A stretch of 64,000 nt of DNA, taken from the NCBI GenBank assembly GCA_030248215.1, contig JASANG010003984.1, positions 372,001-436,000 of the forward strand, read 5' to 3'. Source of the DNA: Enoplolaimus lenunculus. Its lineage: Eukaryota. Positions 21,282-34,000 of this stretch are shown piece after piece. The notes under the pieces were generated by a model that was given only the letters and a program-made list of their open reading frames with translations, was not told the origin of the DNA and ran no database searches. A program made the position numbers and the translations under genes. Within the stretch, counting starts at the first letter, position 1. Every line of letters starts with the position of its first letter.

Positions 21282-24200
21282 ATGAGGTATTGTTTGTTTC
21301 GAGCAATTTTTGTACTAATTCGTTGGCATAAACAGAGAAAGTATGCGTATCTGCTAGAAACGCAGTTACCCGAAAACATTGAAAGGTACCAGTTGCAAAT
21401 TGGCGGACATCGTTTATCTGAACGAGAAGGTAACCCCTTTAAATTTATACAAAAAGCTATTTTTAGCATTTGTGAAACCTAACCAGTACTCTAGAGAGCC
21501 TAATTTAGTTTAATAAATTACATTCTAAACTCAAAAAATATAGCAAAAATGTAAAATATTCAATACTGGTTTTTGGTCAAAAATTCTGCCAATTTCTATC
21601 TATTTTTTTGTGTCAATTGATGTCAAAGTGAAAAGCTTAAATGTATTCTGGCGCTGTAGTTTCATTCTATTTTGTAGTTGTTTGTTTGTTGTTCATTTCA
21701 GCAATTCTTGTCGACAAATCGAGCAATTATCTGTTGAAACCGTGGCAAAATCATCAACGAGGCATTCGTGAATGGCGATTTTATGAAGAAATTTGGCAGT
21801 CCGGTTCACAAGACGACGAAATTGTGGTCAAAATGATGAAACAATTTGTGCCGTTTTATGCCGGTCTTCAGTCTGTTCAGCTGTCTCGATCGCGAGGTAC
21901 GCAGTCGGCTCATAAACTTTTGGTCACTTATCAATTTATCGTGGTGTCGGCGAATGTAAATGACAGGGGCGGAACAGTATAATGCATATTGCTAAGCCTA
22001 GGCTAAGCGTAAGAATGACTTTATTCCAAAGCCTAAACCTAAGTCAAGCGAAAAAATTAGTCTAAAACTTACGCTTACTCTATTCTAGTTCTACAAAAAA
22101 ACGTTCCGCCCCTGATCTTTACATGGGCTGTGGGTTCAAACACGCATTTACGCCTGGAACAAAGTGAGAGGCGATAACATATACTTATGTCGGTCAAGGT
22201 ACAAACCGGGTCTTCAGACCTTGTAACTAAGCAGTTGCAAAAAACAAGCCTACGCAGCGGAGATCAAACTAGCGGTTTTAGGATTCCTAGGCGAAACGGT
22301 ATACCACAGTGCCACACAGCTCGATTCTGCAACGACTTGTCATAGACTATATATGTCGCCGTATGGTGCCGCTAAGCATACATGCAGTGTACTGCGCTAT
22401 ATCGCATGTGCATATGTTTTAATGTTTACGGTTTTGAGAGTGGATGTTCTCTTTACAGCTGTCCCTTGTCTGCGACTTGAAAATCTGACGTCACACTGCA
22501 AACTGCCTGCAATACTCGATGTGAAAATTTCAAGCAACGCCGCCAATCCGCATCTGACGTGCAGCGAGCGCAAAGCACGAAGTTGTCTTCAGTCGCCAAT
22601 TTTCTCACAAATCGGTTTCCAGGTTACCGGATTTCGAACGTACAACGCTGATACTGGATGCGTGTCGGCCTGTGATGATCGATTTTTGATTGGTCGAGAC
22701 AGACAATCGACAACTCGAGGTAGAAAAAAGTGGAAAAATTTAAAATCATTGAACAAGTTACTGGCCGTCGGCCGGGCGCTGGCCAATACCTTTGGCTGGC
22801 CGCCGGCCGATACCTTTGTCCGGCCGCTGGCCAATACCGTTGGCCGGCCGCTGGCCTATACCTTTGGCCGGCCGCTGGCCAATACCATTGGCCGGCCGCC
22901 GGCCGATACTTTTGGCCGGTTGGTGGGTTTCTGGCCGGTTCATGGCACTATATTATGCCTAGTTGTCGCCATCTGAACACCTGTGATCGATTTTGATTTA
23001 AGTTTAGGAGAAAACTTATATTTCAATGTAGAAATTTTAACAAAAAAATTAGAAATTTGGACCAAATAGGGCCGTAACAGTAGTTTAAGCGTATTCCTAA
23101 GCCTAAGCCAAAGCATAAGCGTTGTAGAGGTGTATTCCTAAGCCTGAGCAAAAAATGCCTAGAATGCCAGTCCACTCTTTTACAGACCTAAAACCGGGAC
23201 GGCATTAAAAGAAACATGGGCCAAAATTTGTATGTATGTATACGTTCTGAAATATAACAACTTGTCGCAGTTGGCAACATGACCGTTCTATAAGCCATAT
23301 TTATTTTTACGGTAAGTCACACAAGATGGTTGGACATTTGCAACAGCGGATTCAAAAACATTTTAACGGGGACCACGTGAGCAACAGTCGAAAAACTCGT
23401 AGAAAACCCCAATGAGAAGCCAAACACATTTTTCACCGTTTCTCTACATGAGTATATATTTTGATTTCAACTGTGATATATCAGTTTAATGTTAGGATTG
23501 GAACCCTACACACAAAATAAATTGTCTTGTATTCAAAGAAATATTGTCTGAAATTTAAAACAATTATGTCGTGATACAGACTCCAGACATATATGTCTAG
23601 AATTCATAACTTATATTTCTTAAATTTTTCAGAAATATTGGTGTTAAATTTTTCACTCGTAAAAGTCTCAAATTTAAGACTGTTTTATGAACGATTAAAG
23701 GAGAATATTTCTGATTTTAAGGCAAATATTTCTGAAATATAAGACAAATATATCTGAAATAAAACACAGAGATTTGTCATGGAAACCGACTCCAAACTTA
23801 GGGGCCAAAGCTTAACCCAATACCCTAATTTTACAACCTAAGATGCGTCCAAGACGTAAACTTAGGTTGGGAAAAGCCTGAGCTCAACCCGAAATATCTT
23901 TGAAATTCGATTATTTATATACTCACTTAAGAATATAAACGGAGCAACATTGTTTACATACATAAAATCAGAAAATTAATTCTGGAATGAAAGAAATTTG
24001 TGTTTTATAAGTTGGCAATAGCAATTTCTCGAATATAAGACATTTATGTGTTAACCATTTAAGAAACGAATTTCTGAGCTGTTTAAGACTATAATTGTCT
24101 CAAATACAAGACATTTATGTCTTGAAAATTTACGAAAGTAGGACACTTGAAATTTTAAGACAATTTATTTTGTGTGTATTCTCGCGAGCAGGAAGAGGCT

Positions 24201-26174
24201 CTCACGTTTTGTGAATATACTGTACCGACAGCCCCAATGAATGAGCAAATTAAATGTCTATCGTATTTAGAATAACGGTTGACCGCAGTCAAAATTTTTC
24301 CCTTTTCACACTGTCTCCCAAATTCAATTCTTCGATCGAGTTATTACACCCTTCTTAATTGAAATTATTGCTTTGCGATCTTGGTGTCGCAAAATTATAT
24401 CTTTTAAACCAGGATGTAAACGGATAGTAAAAATAACGGAACCGAATATGGATCAAAAAAAGCTAAAACGGGAAACAGATGTTGAAGTATTATTGTTTCG
24501 TAGATGTTTTTTTCCACCAACATAATTGGAGCGCGAAAATACCCACCCGGTTCGATAAAATTTTAAAGAAAAAAGGCGGGTCATTGAAATTTTTTCGATT
24601 TTAGATGAATTTTGTAATTTTTATTTCATTTCCAACAATTGGAGCATATCCGTTTTAGAAAGAGTGGATGATAACTCTTTATAACAAGAGTGTGCAACTG
24701 GGTACATTATGTGTAGAAAAGAATGTACCCAACACACGTTGCGTTTTTGGCCTACCCCCACCTTTATTTAGGGGGTCAAGCTTGATGATTTTTTAATTTC
24801 ACACCTTGAAATGTTGCAGTTGTAAACTGACTCCATTTATAATTTTAAAACAATGCGCATTCTACGTTTCAAACATAAACTACCCCCCGTAAATCAGGGG
24901 AGTCGGCCACAAATGCAACGCCCGGTGGTACATTTTGTAGCACACAAATTTCGGTATTTGCACTCTCTTGATAGAGTGATCATACACTCTTGGTATTAGT
25001 AAAAATTTGACGAGCTATATTATACGTGATTTATAACTTATTTTGAATGTAAAAATTATCAGAGTTTTCGTTATTTCTATAATTGAAATGGAAACGGCCA
25101 CCGAGTTTTGCCAGAACCGAAGACAGTGTTATCAGGTTTTCAGGCTGCTAAAAATATCGTTTCAGCTTTGAAAACATTTCTTCAAATATCACAATCAAAC
25201 GTGACTCATCAGCTGCGAATCCTTCACTCGATCATTGCTCAATTATCAGAGTTGTTCGAGTTGTTTTCGTTCCAAACGCAATATAAATTTTACTCAACTT
25301 CAATCTTAATTATTTATGACGCATCTCCCGTAGTCACAAACTGTTCTACTGATGCCGTGAAACAGGCAAAAGATATGATTAACGTCGCAAAGCCAAGAAA
25401 GAACACCAAAGGTTCGACAAATTATACAAGCAGGGTGTAAACGGACCAGAGCGCAACCGGAGGTGAAAAATACCGGAGCCGGAGCCTTTTAGGTCAACAA
25501 AATTCAGGGTGCAGCCGGAGGTGAAATATGCGGGAGCCGCGGAGAATTAGGTAGAAAATGCGCTATACGAAAAGAAATATATATCCGGATTTAAATATTT
25601 GGTTTATTAGGTGCAGCGTTCTTTAACACTGTTTAAACAAAAATGAGAATTACAAACCTGAAAAAAACGCAATATTTAATTTCGGAATCGATTTTCCGGA
25701 TAAATATCCGGCAAGAATTACCGGATATCCGGTGTGAAAAAATGTTCGAGGCCCAGAACTAAGAAGATATCGTGAACTAAAAATTACGATTCAATTGTTG
25801 AAAAAAAATTCTGCGGAAGCCGAGTTTAATGCTTTTTACACCTTGCTGTAAAGCAATACACAAGTAGCTGAAACAACTGTATACTGCTAGCATCACCGTC
25901 GTCAGCTTTGCTATCAACACGAATGCTGCGAGCAGATGGCAAAAAACTGTCTCAACCTGAAGCTTCAACTGGAGTTGTTGCATCGTCGGATCGAGGCGAA
26001 AAGTTGCCAATAAACGAAGTTGCGAAAGTGAAACTGATCGATTTTGCGCATGCTCACCGATGTCCAGAGAATAATACCGCAACAGACGAACAATGCTTGA
26101 AAGGTGTCTCCGGTTTAATTGATTTTTTCAATTCGATTTGGCGTGAAACGACCACAACGCTAAACGGTTCGTAG
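21282..26174 (+). CDS. IPMK: Inositol polyphosphate multikinase (IPK family), 5 coding exons; start codon uncertain
   Basis: Exons ?21282-21429, 21702-21896, 22459-22719, 25166-25411, 25891-26174, joined by phase-1 GT-AG introns. Motifs QIGGH, LLKPWQNHQRGIREWRFY, LRLENLT..PAILDVKIS, IGFQVTGFR, FYSTSILIIYD and VKLIDFAH...DEQCLKGV match the IPMK/IPK family. Confidence 0.9.
22761..22940. repeat. GC-rich 24-bp minisatellite, about 7 copies, in IPMK intron
   Basis: Unit ggccggccgctggccaataccNtt. Confidence 0.85.
23509..24176. mobile_element. 668 bp TIR element (CAC ends, TA flanks) in IPMK intron
   Basis: 20-bp TIR cacacaaaataaattgtctt / aagacaatttattttgtgtg. Confidence 0.8.
24660..24992. mobile_element. 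MITE family with aagagtg..gat.actct ends
   Basis: Related copies at about 38160-38585, 45020-45240, 46140-46290 and 46750-46910 (ctgggtacattctgt, gttgcgtttttggcctacccc motifs). Confidence 0.6.
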
Positions 26175-26246
26175 TTTCAAAGCGATGCATTCTACGTTGA
26201 AAAAAATTTAGATTGGCTCAAAAGGTGGAGTTTGCAACTGTCACTA

Positions 26247-26448
26247 CACTGCAAAAAATGGTGAGTCAAATCGACTCTCTCCGAAATAGGCGTTTCCTGA
26301 CTACACAAACGAAGTCAAAATTCGACTCCGCCAGTGTCAAAATCGGTTCGCTGAATCGCTTAGTGAGTCGAATTTGACTCAGTTTGTGTACAGTCAGGAA
26401 AAGCCTATTTCGGAGAGAGTCAATTTGACTCCCCCTTTTTTTACAGTG
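26247..26448. mobile_element. Palindromic CACTG-ended MITE copy, TA TSD, just downstream of the IPMK stop
   Basis: Same TIRs as 4666-4874. Confidence 0.85.
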
Positions 26449-28031
26449 TAGTACTTTCGGAATATCATGATATTCGCATAAATGTCCCGCAGTATCAATT
26501 GACATACCGCCTTGTACACGTTGAACATTTGAGAACGGTGGTTTGTAAGCTAATGTCATATGAGAGATTCAAGTTTTGCCTGCTTACCCGATATGAGAGC
26601 CCGAATATTAACGTTGACGTCGAAACAACATGGGACAAATCGTGTCACGCCTGCCCCGGTTAACGTGAACCCCGCATAAGGTCAGAGCCAAAATTTTTAC
26701 GAGCACCTGACACATATATACACGCTGTTCTGCGCCAGGACTCCCAAGGTCATAGTACCACTTATCAGGTTTCACAAATTAACGCAAAAAATAGTTTGCA
26801 AGAATCTATTTTACGTATTAGAGGAAAGCAAAAATGAGCTCAAGAAAATACACAGATACGTTGACTTAAGAATGTTTCATAAGGCACAACAAGTACAAGT
26901 GAAGAATGAAAATAAAAGACACATTTCATATCAAATAAAATATAAGCGATATAATTGCTTTTGAGCTGGAGCGAAACTTAAGAGAGTATTATTAAAATTG
27001 TACCAAAAGTATCACAGTGTATACACAAGCAGACGTGCATATAAAAATTTTGACGGAGCGGGCGGGCTGGTAAATGTTATGAAACGCAAAAATTGGTATG
27101 ATTAAATGTATATATTAACCTTACCATTTTATCACAAAAAATCTGCGGAAAAAATGTCTTTTTTACAAAAATATTTCTTTGGGGGAAAAATTGTAAAGTA
27201 GATACCATGCCATTTCAACACAAAAAGACAGGGGAGAGACCCCCTTCCCGCCCCCCTCTGGATCCACCAGTTTACCCTAGCACTTAATTGGGGGGAAAGC
27301 AGATTGCGATTGACGGTTTGACCCAGCACCATATGAATAAATGTTTTGGAACTGTGACAGAGGAATTTAAATACTGAAACAATGTATACCTTCTCTCTTG
27401 CTTCGTTCGCGAATTTTTCATAACTCAGCCTGAATCCTGGTTTACGAGCCTTCGCACACTCTGGTGTTTACTCCTAATGGCTAGAAATATTTAACTCATA
27501 CAAAAATACGCCCTCAAAAACCCGAAAGTTATGTTCTGTACTAGAGTTAACAACAATAGGGTCTAGCTTTTCATTCGTTTCGAAGTCGTTCTCACACGGC
27601 AAATAACGCGGCCTGTTGTCAACCCAGCCTGCCAAAAAATATATCCAAAATAATTCAACGAATATCAAATAAAATATAAATTAAACGGTAACTTACAAAT
27701 GATGATAGCACGCAACTTCAATTTTTTGGAAACTGCATTATTCCGTGGTCTAATGACTTGTCGGAAAATGATTTTAATCAGAGGTAAAATTAACTCATTA
27801 AATTTATGCGCTTACAATATAAGCCTTAAATACTTGGCTAGGGATGCGTTTTTTTAACTTAAAATTTACAATGGGGTTCTTTTGAAACTGATTTGCGGTT
27901 AGTTCATTGTAATTGTAGGACCCGGGGGTCTTGGTTAGGGGATGCTCTGTGCATAAGTTAAAGTATCAGAATATACATAATTAAGACGTATTGATTTACG
28001 TATTACTGATTTAATTAAAAGGACTACGAAA

Positions 28032-31000
28032 ATGATTTTTTATGGCGACTCTTCTAGTGTTCCTGAGTTAAACACCGATTCGTCGTCTTCAGATGAATGT
28101 AGTGATGAAAGACAAATGAAGGTTGGTACAGCATAAAAATACAAAACATAACACACAAAACCATTTCAAAAACCACGTAATGACCCTAGCTTGGTATATA
28201 AATGTTTCTTATGCAGTTGCACGTTTGCGCCTAGGTACAAAACATAGACGTATAAAATTTTTGAAACCATAGCTAACCGTAAAGTCCTATTCACGTGCTA
28301 TTTTTGTAGCAAAAAGTTGCACTTGCAAATTGCAAGTGCAAGTTTGATTACAAAACAGCTTTAAAGTTCTTGAAGCTGCAAACTATTCACTGGAATTCAT
28401 GCTATTAAATTTAATTCACACGTTTGAACGCATTCGCCGTCTATGGCGATTGTGACGAGACTCGTTTCACATTTTAATGCACTAAATAGAAATTGTATCG
28501 TTATGGAAACGTGTTCTAGCCAAGAAATTACCAGTAGAGCATTCTTTACGCGTGATTGTTTCTTGCAGCTGAAGTTTGCAGCTGAAGTTCTTTCAAAAAT
28601 TCGTTCGGAGAACTTGCAGGTGCAATTTATTCATTTTGACTATGCGCGAAGAATGAATTCATAGGCATGAATTGCCTTAGAAGTCGAATTAATTCATCAT
28701 CATTGGCTGAACAGATAATTCATAGCTTATGTTTGATATTTATTGCAGTCGACTGCAAATTATTTATATGGATTTATGTCAATATTCAGAATGAAAATAA
28801 TATTTTCTTGCAAATACTAGCAGCTGCAAGAAACTTATGCAAATAGTTCTCGCTGCAAAAACCTGCACGTATGAATAGGGCTTTATATGCTTGTAACCCG
28901 TCATCTATACGTGATGCTTTTTGTGGCATTGTTGAATTTTATATTAGAACGACGCATTAACATACTAAAATATTTATATAGTATGGATGATGTGTCAGAA
29001 CTTCGTTCGCGCAAAAATGTAATTTTAGCAGAGCTTAGATGAGCGTTGCCCAAAGCTAAGCAGCGAGTGTAGTTTCCAGAATTCAGTATTCTGTATGTTA
29101 TTAATATTGTGTAATGTGTACTTTTAGAAAATTGTACTAAAAAGCGGTCCAGTGAAACCGAATACATTTCCAACTGGCGTAATGGATAAATCTGTTGTTG
29201 AAATGCGAGACGGAACAGCTGGTATGTTTAATAAAAGACAAGAATAAGCTAGAATCTGAGCTTAGTCTAGCGAAGGGTTTTATGTCTTGTGAATGGGGTT
29301 TGAAGGTGGGTGTTCATCCGTCTGTTTGTCCGACGAGAATCTCTGCACTGCTGAACAGATTTTGAAAAACTTCATACCTGATTTCAGCACTAAAAGATGT
29401 TTGGGTGCGATCTACATAATTTCCTAATTATTACGGTTATGAGCGTTTTATGTTAGTACAAAAGGGTTTTTGGGTGCGAGAAATGTTAATAAGCTGTTTA
29501 TAAACCTTCAAAACAGATGAATGAATAGCTAGCTGCTATTTTAATTGGCATATTAGCAATGTCAACTGTGGCTGTTGCGGTGGGAATTATCATTTATATA
29601 AGCGTCTGTGCGCTGTTGGCTTTAGTGTTTCGGGCATGAGAAATTTAAATATTTAAAAAGTTTAGGAATTTAAACACTTGAATATTAGTTAACTACACGC
29701 TAATTAGCATATTACAATTACGTACCTATCAGGGAGCAACCGGATACCAAAAACTTACGGAGTCGGAGCCCGATATCAGAACGTAGCTTACAAATTTTCC
29801 TTCTGTGGCTTAAGGTACCAAAAGTGTTTACGTGATAAAGTTTAACATTTCACACCGATGCATTTTTAACGCTTTAACAACAACCCTATTATACTATTCT
29901 ACCTTTTTGTTGCGTTGCGTTCAGTTGCAGTATTCGTTTGGCTCATGTTCCTTTGAAGCGCATCCAGTTTCTGTAGGTCAGAGGTGACTAAAATTAGGGA
30001 TGGGAGCCAGGGTCCTAGTCTCAGCAAGTCTCGGTATTTGGCAAGTCTCGGTTTCTTGAGCCTCAGTGGTTTGGAACCGACTCTAGAAATAAGTTCTTTT
30101 GAAAATTTTATGTTTTTCGATGATGACCAAAAGTTAACCGAAACCGAGACTTTTCATTTCCTGTTTCCTCCTATCCATGGCTCAGAAACAAGCTATTATT
30201 TTTGCTTACTTATTTATAGACCCATTTTTTACGCTGAATTTAGGCTTAGCCCTAGGAATAATAGTAATGTGGTGCTGATTTTTCGGCATTATTGTTACCA
30301 ATTACATTCAAAAATGTGCATTACATGTGTGACAGAAAAAATATGTAAAACAAAGTCCGTCAGCCCGATGGTACTTGACTTGGCATATATACGAATGATG
30401 GTATTAATTTTTTGAAGTTTTTTAAAAATAATATCCGGCAAGTTAAAATACCGGAGCCGCAGCCGTATACCCGGTTGCACCCTGGTATCTATGTCATATT
30501 AAAGCATTTTAGTGCATTATAATGTTATATATAAATATTAGTGTTGGTGTAGAACACTGTGTTTCATGAGGTTTTTGGATCAAAAACGCTGAAATATATA
30601 GCTCAAAATTTTCTATACTTGCAAATCGGTAAGTTATTTGCTATTAGCGTATTTGCTATTTCCATTATTGCATTTGAGGATTTTGCCAGTAAGTGGGCCC
30701 GAGCCTTGCTCAATACTTGTAGTCTCACTAAGACTAGTTTAACTTCTGTTTTTGAAGTACGCACCACGCATAATAATTAGCTCGCGCAGCGCAGTATTTG
30801 CAGCTTCAGTAAATGTAACTTTGTGTTGATTTTGCAGCCAAAAAGTTTTTGGAAAGGTTTACTCTGTCTGAAGTTAAACAGCATGTCGGATACTCATCTT
30901 GGTATATGATGACTCCTTGGATATATCAGTCATACAGTGCATATGATCATGAAAGCGCCTATCATTGCCGTTGGATTGAAGAATATGTACTCGATACTGA

Positions 31001-34000
31001 TGAAATTGATATAACGTACGTTACAAATATATTATGCTAAATATTGAAACTCGTGTGTCAGTTAGAAATAAAGTGTCCGGTACGTATCCGGCAGTTTTAT
31101 ACCGGATGCCGGGTGTAATTTTTTGTCAGGTACGTAATTGACCGAACCGTAATACATTATTATACGTATCAAAGCCGTCGCATTACGCCGCAATATGGAC
31201 CGGAAAAATCGGATCCCTCACCGAACCTAAAACAAAACATTGTACAAGGATCTAAACTAAAATTTCGCCTGACTTCCTTCTCGCTTTCAAAACATACGTC
31301 AGATAGTTTAAAATGTGAGAAACTTATCGATAAACCGTGGTTTCCAAAATTATCTGGTTTATGTTAAACTTTTCCGGTTGCAGTTTTTCGTTGTTAAGCT
31401 GATACTTTACTATTTGTCATAAAACCGTAAAAATTCCCGTTTCTTCGTCTTCGAATGCCGGAACAGAAATAGGAAATGAACTTTTAACTGTAGTGCCAGC
31501 TGGCGCAGGAATTATAGTTCCTGAAGTTCGAGAAATAAATGTTTTTGAAAGTTATAATATATAACGTATAAGGTTTAATGACTACGATTGCCTAAAAGCA
31601 GAGTAGGATATGCCATAAACGCAACGCGCTGCTTCATTTTGTGCCTTGCGGGGCAAGAAATCAACCCCAGCTTCGATATTCCACATAAACCGATATTTAC
31701 TTTTTAATAGCATACCATAATCCACTAAAACCATTGTTGTAAACAAATTTGAACAAATTATTGCAAGCCATGCTAAACTGTTGTGATTATATAACATTAT
31801 TGACTTTTTATTGAAATATACCTTATATGGATGTGCTGATTAATCGGCATCCGCATCGGTACGTAATAATCGGCACTTTTCGTGAGTATCGGCAGCGGCG
31901 AAATTTCAAGATTAGAATCGGCATTGTTATCGGCATCAACAAAAATTTTGCTGTCTGCATATCACTAATCCCATATTTTTAATATTTCACTCCTATCGGT
32001 CGGATTGCGCCCAGCTTAAACAAACAAGGTTTTTATGAATTAACAATGACTTTTAATTCTGTTTGGTGCTTATATTTCAGTGACATTTCTTTTGAGAATT
32101 TGTTTCGTCGTTCGCTTGGATCAATGCTTGAAAAAGGGGTTATTCCGCATGGCGCCCAGGTTTATAAACTGGCTCGCGTATTGATGGTGTTTAATTATAT
32201 TAACGACACAGTAAAGCGACTTCGTGATGCGTTAACATCGAACAATGTGAGTTTTTTATTGGCGAATTTTAAAATGAATACGATTTTATGAGATATATTT
32301 ATTGGATTGAAGCTTGAGGTTGAATTTAAATTGCGTACGTACTATTTCGAAGTTTTCAAAGTTTTTACAAATGTCGTAAGCGAACACAACAAAATTTGGC
32401 ATTAAATAATTTTTATTAATTTTTGTATTCAAAGTTTTTGTTTGTGACATTTGGTAAAGTAACAATATGTCTTTTGAGTTTTTGTGATGTTTTTTTTGGA
32501 ATTTGGCAAAAGTATTTAGTTAATGGTCGGTCAAGCAACAAAAATTCATTTTTTTATAGTTTTTTCACATAAACGTCAACATTAGCCACATAAATGAAGT
32601 TATCACTTTTGACGCGCCTAAATCACGCTTTTGCTTTTTACAATGTAATGTTCAAACATTCTTGCGTTCTTTCTGCAATTACATCTAGCCTGCTTCCAGA
32701 AACCTTTGTTTGAGTACCGTTCAGGAAGCCGTAACTCTAGGCTCATTCGTGGCTAAAAAGCCAGTTTGAAGGTGATGTAAACAGTTGGTTCTTGGAAAAG
32801 TGAGCCAGCCATTCGTTGGCGGTGTCCCGGGCGGTTATTGGGGGAATCATAAAGTTCAATCCGCATTCGTGAATAACTATTTGCGTTTTTATAATTTTCG
32901 GTTGAACGCATTTTGATTGATATGACGCGGTTTTTTGCGGATTTAATTATTTCGCATGAAAAGTCGCTACGCCAAGTCTACAATTCGTTGTTTGTGCATT
33001 TACCGTTGTAAGTTGTAAATTTTCAGTTATCTCATTGTGTGGAAGTGTATTTTAAAAAATAAGAATAATAAAATTAGAAGATTATTAGGGCAACTCACGT
33101 TCGTAAGGTGTGTAGCGATATCAAAATAGCCTTATGCACGCGTTCTAATTTTTGTAGTGAGAACGTGGGTTTGCATGTTGCATGTAAATGTGTTATTTGA
33201 GATGTCTTCTGTCACAAAACTCGCAGATGTGTAAATAGGGTTTTAGTATGAAACATGTTGGTGTGTTATAGCTATGTTAACAAAGATATCGCGATGGGCG
33301 GTCCAAATGACTATATGTTCTGTATGCTGGCATTTTCAGTTTGTAAGTAGTATTGTCAGGGTTTTTGTCTTTCGTTTAAGGTGCGTATAAATATTTTCGT
33401 ATTGTTGAATATTTGCCAAAGCGCATTTGACAGCATAGTTGCAATGTGCAATCGGTTATTTTAAAATTTAGTTTGTGGCTATCAAGGTGCGACCGGTACT
33501 AAAACATAGGCCAAATACTTTAATATCAAGGGGTTTTGGGTGCGAGAAATCTGCCTAGACTGTTACAAACCTCCAAAACCGATACTTGAGCAGTTAGCTA
33601 ATAGATAATTTGCATATTAGCATAGTTTATAAGCCTAAATTAGGACTTTTTACAATATTTCACTAATTATTAAGGTTGAAAGCAATATAATTTCAACACT
33701 AAAGGGTTTTAGGTGCGATGAATTTGAATAAATTGTTTCCAAACATCCAAAACCGATAATTGAATAGTTAGCTAATAGCTAATTTGCATATTAATTGACA
33801 AGACAAAATTAGGACTTTTAAATTATTTTAATAATTATTACGGTTTACTGAAGGTTTCTTGGTGCGAGCAATCTGAATAATGTGTTTACAAACGTCTAAA
33901 ACCGATAATTGAGTAGTTAGCTAATAGATAATTTGCATATAAGCATAATTGATAAGCCTAAATTAGGCGTTTCTACAATGTTTCACTAATTATTATGGTT

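Noticed and set aside
22730..22996. Repetitive ORFs (WPAAGQY / IGQRPA)
   Set aside because: Translation of an intronic 24-bp minisatellite beyond the IPMK donor at 22719.
26174..28032. IPMK-TTC3 operon with trans-splicing
   Set aside because: The genes are on the same strand about 1.9 kb apart, but nothing in the sequence alone supports polycistronic transcription.
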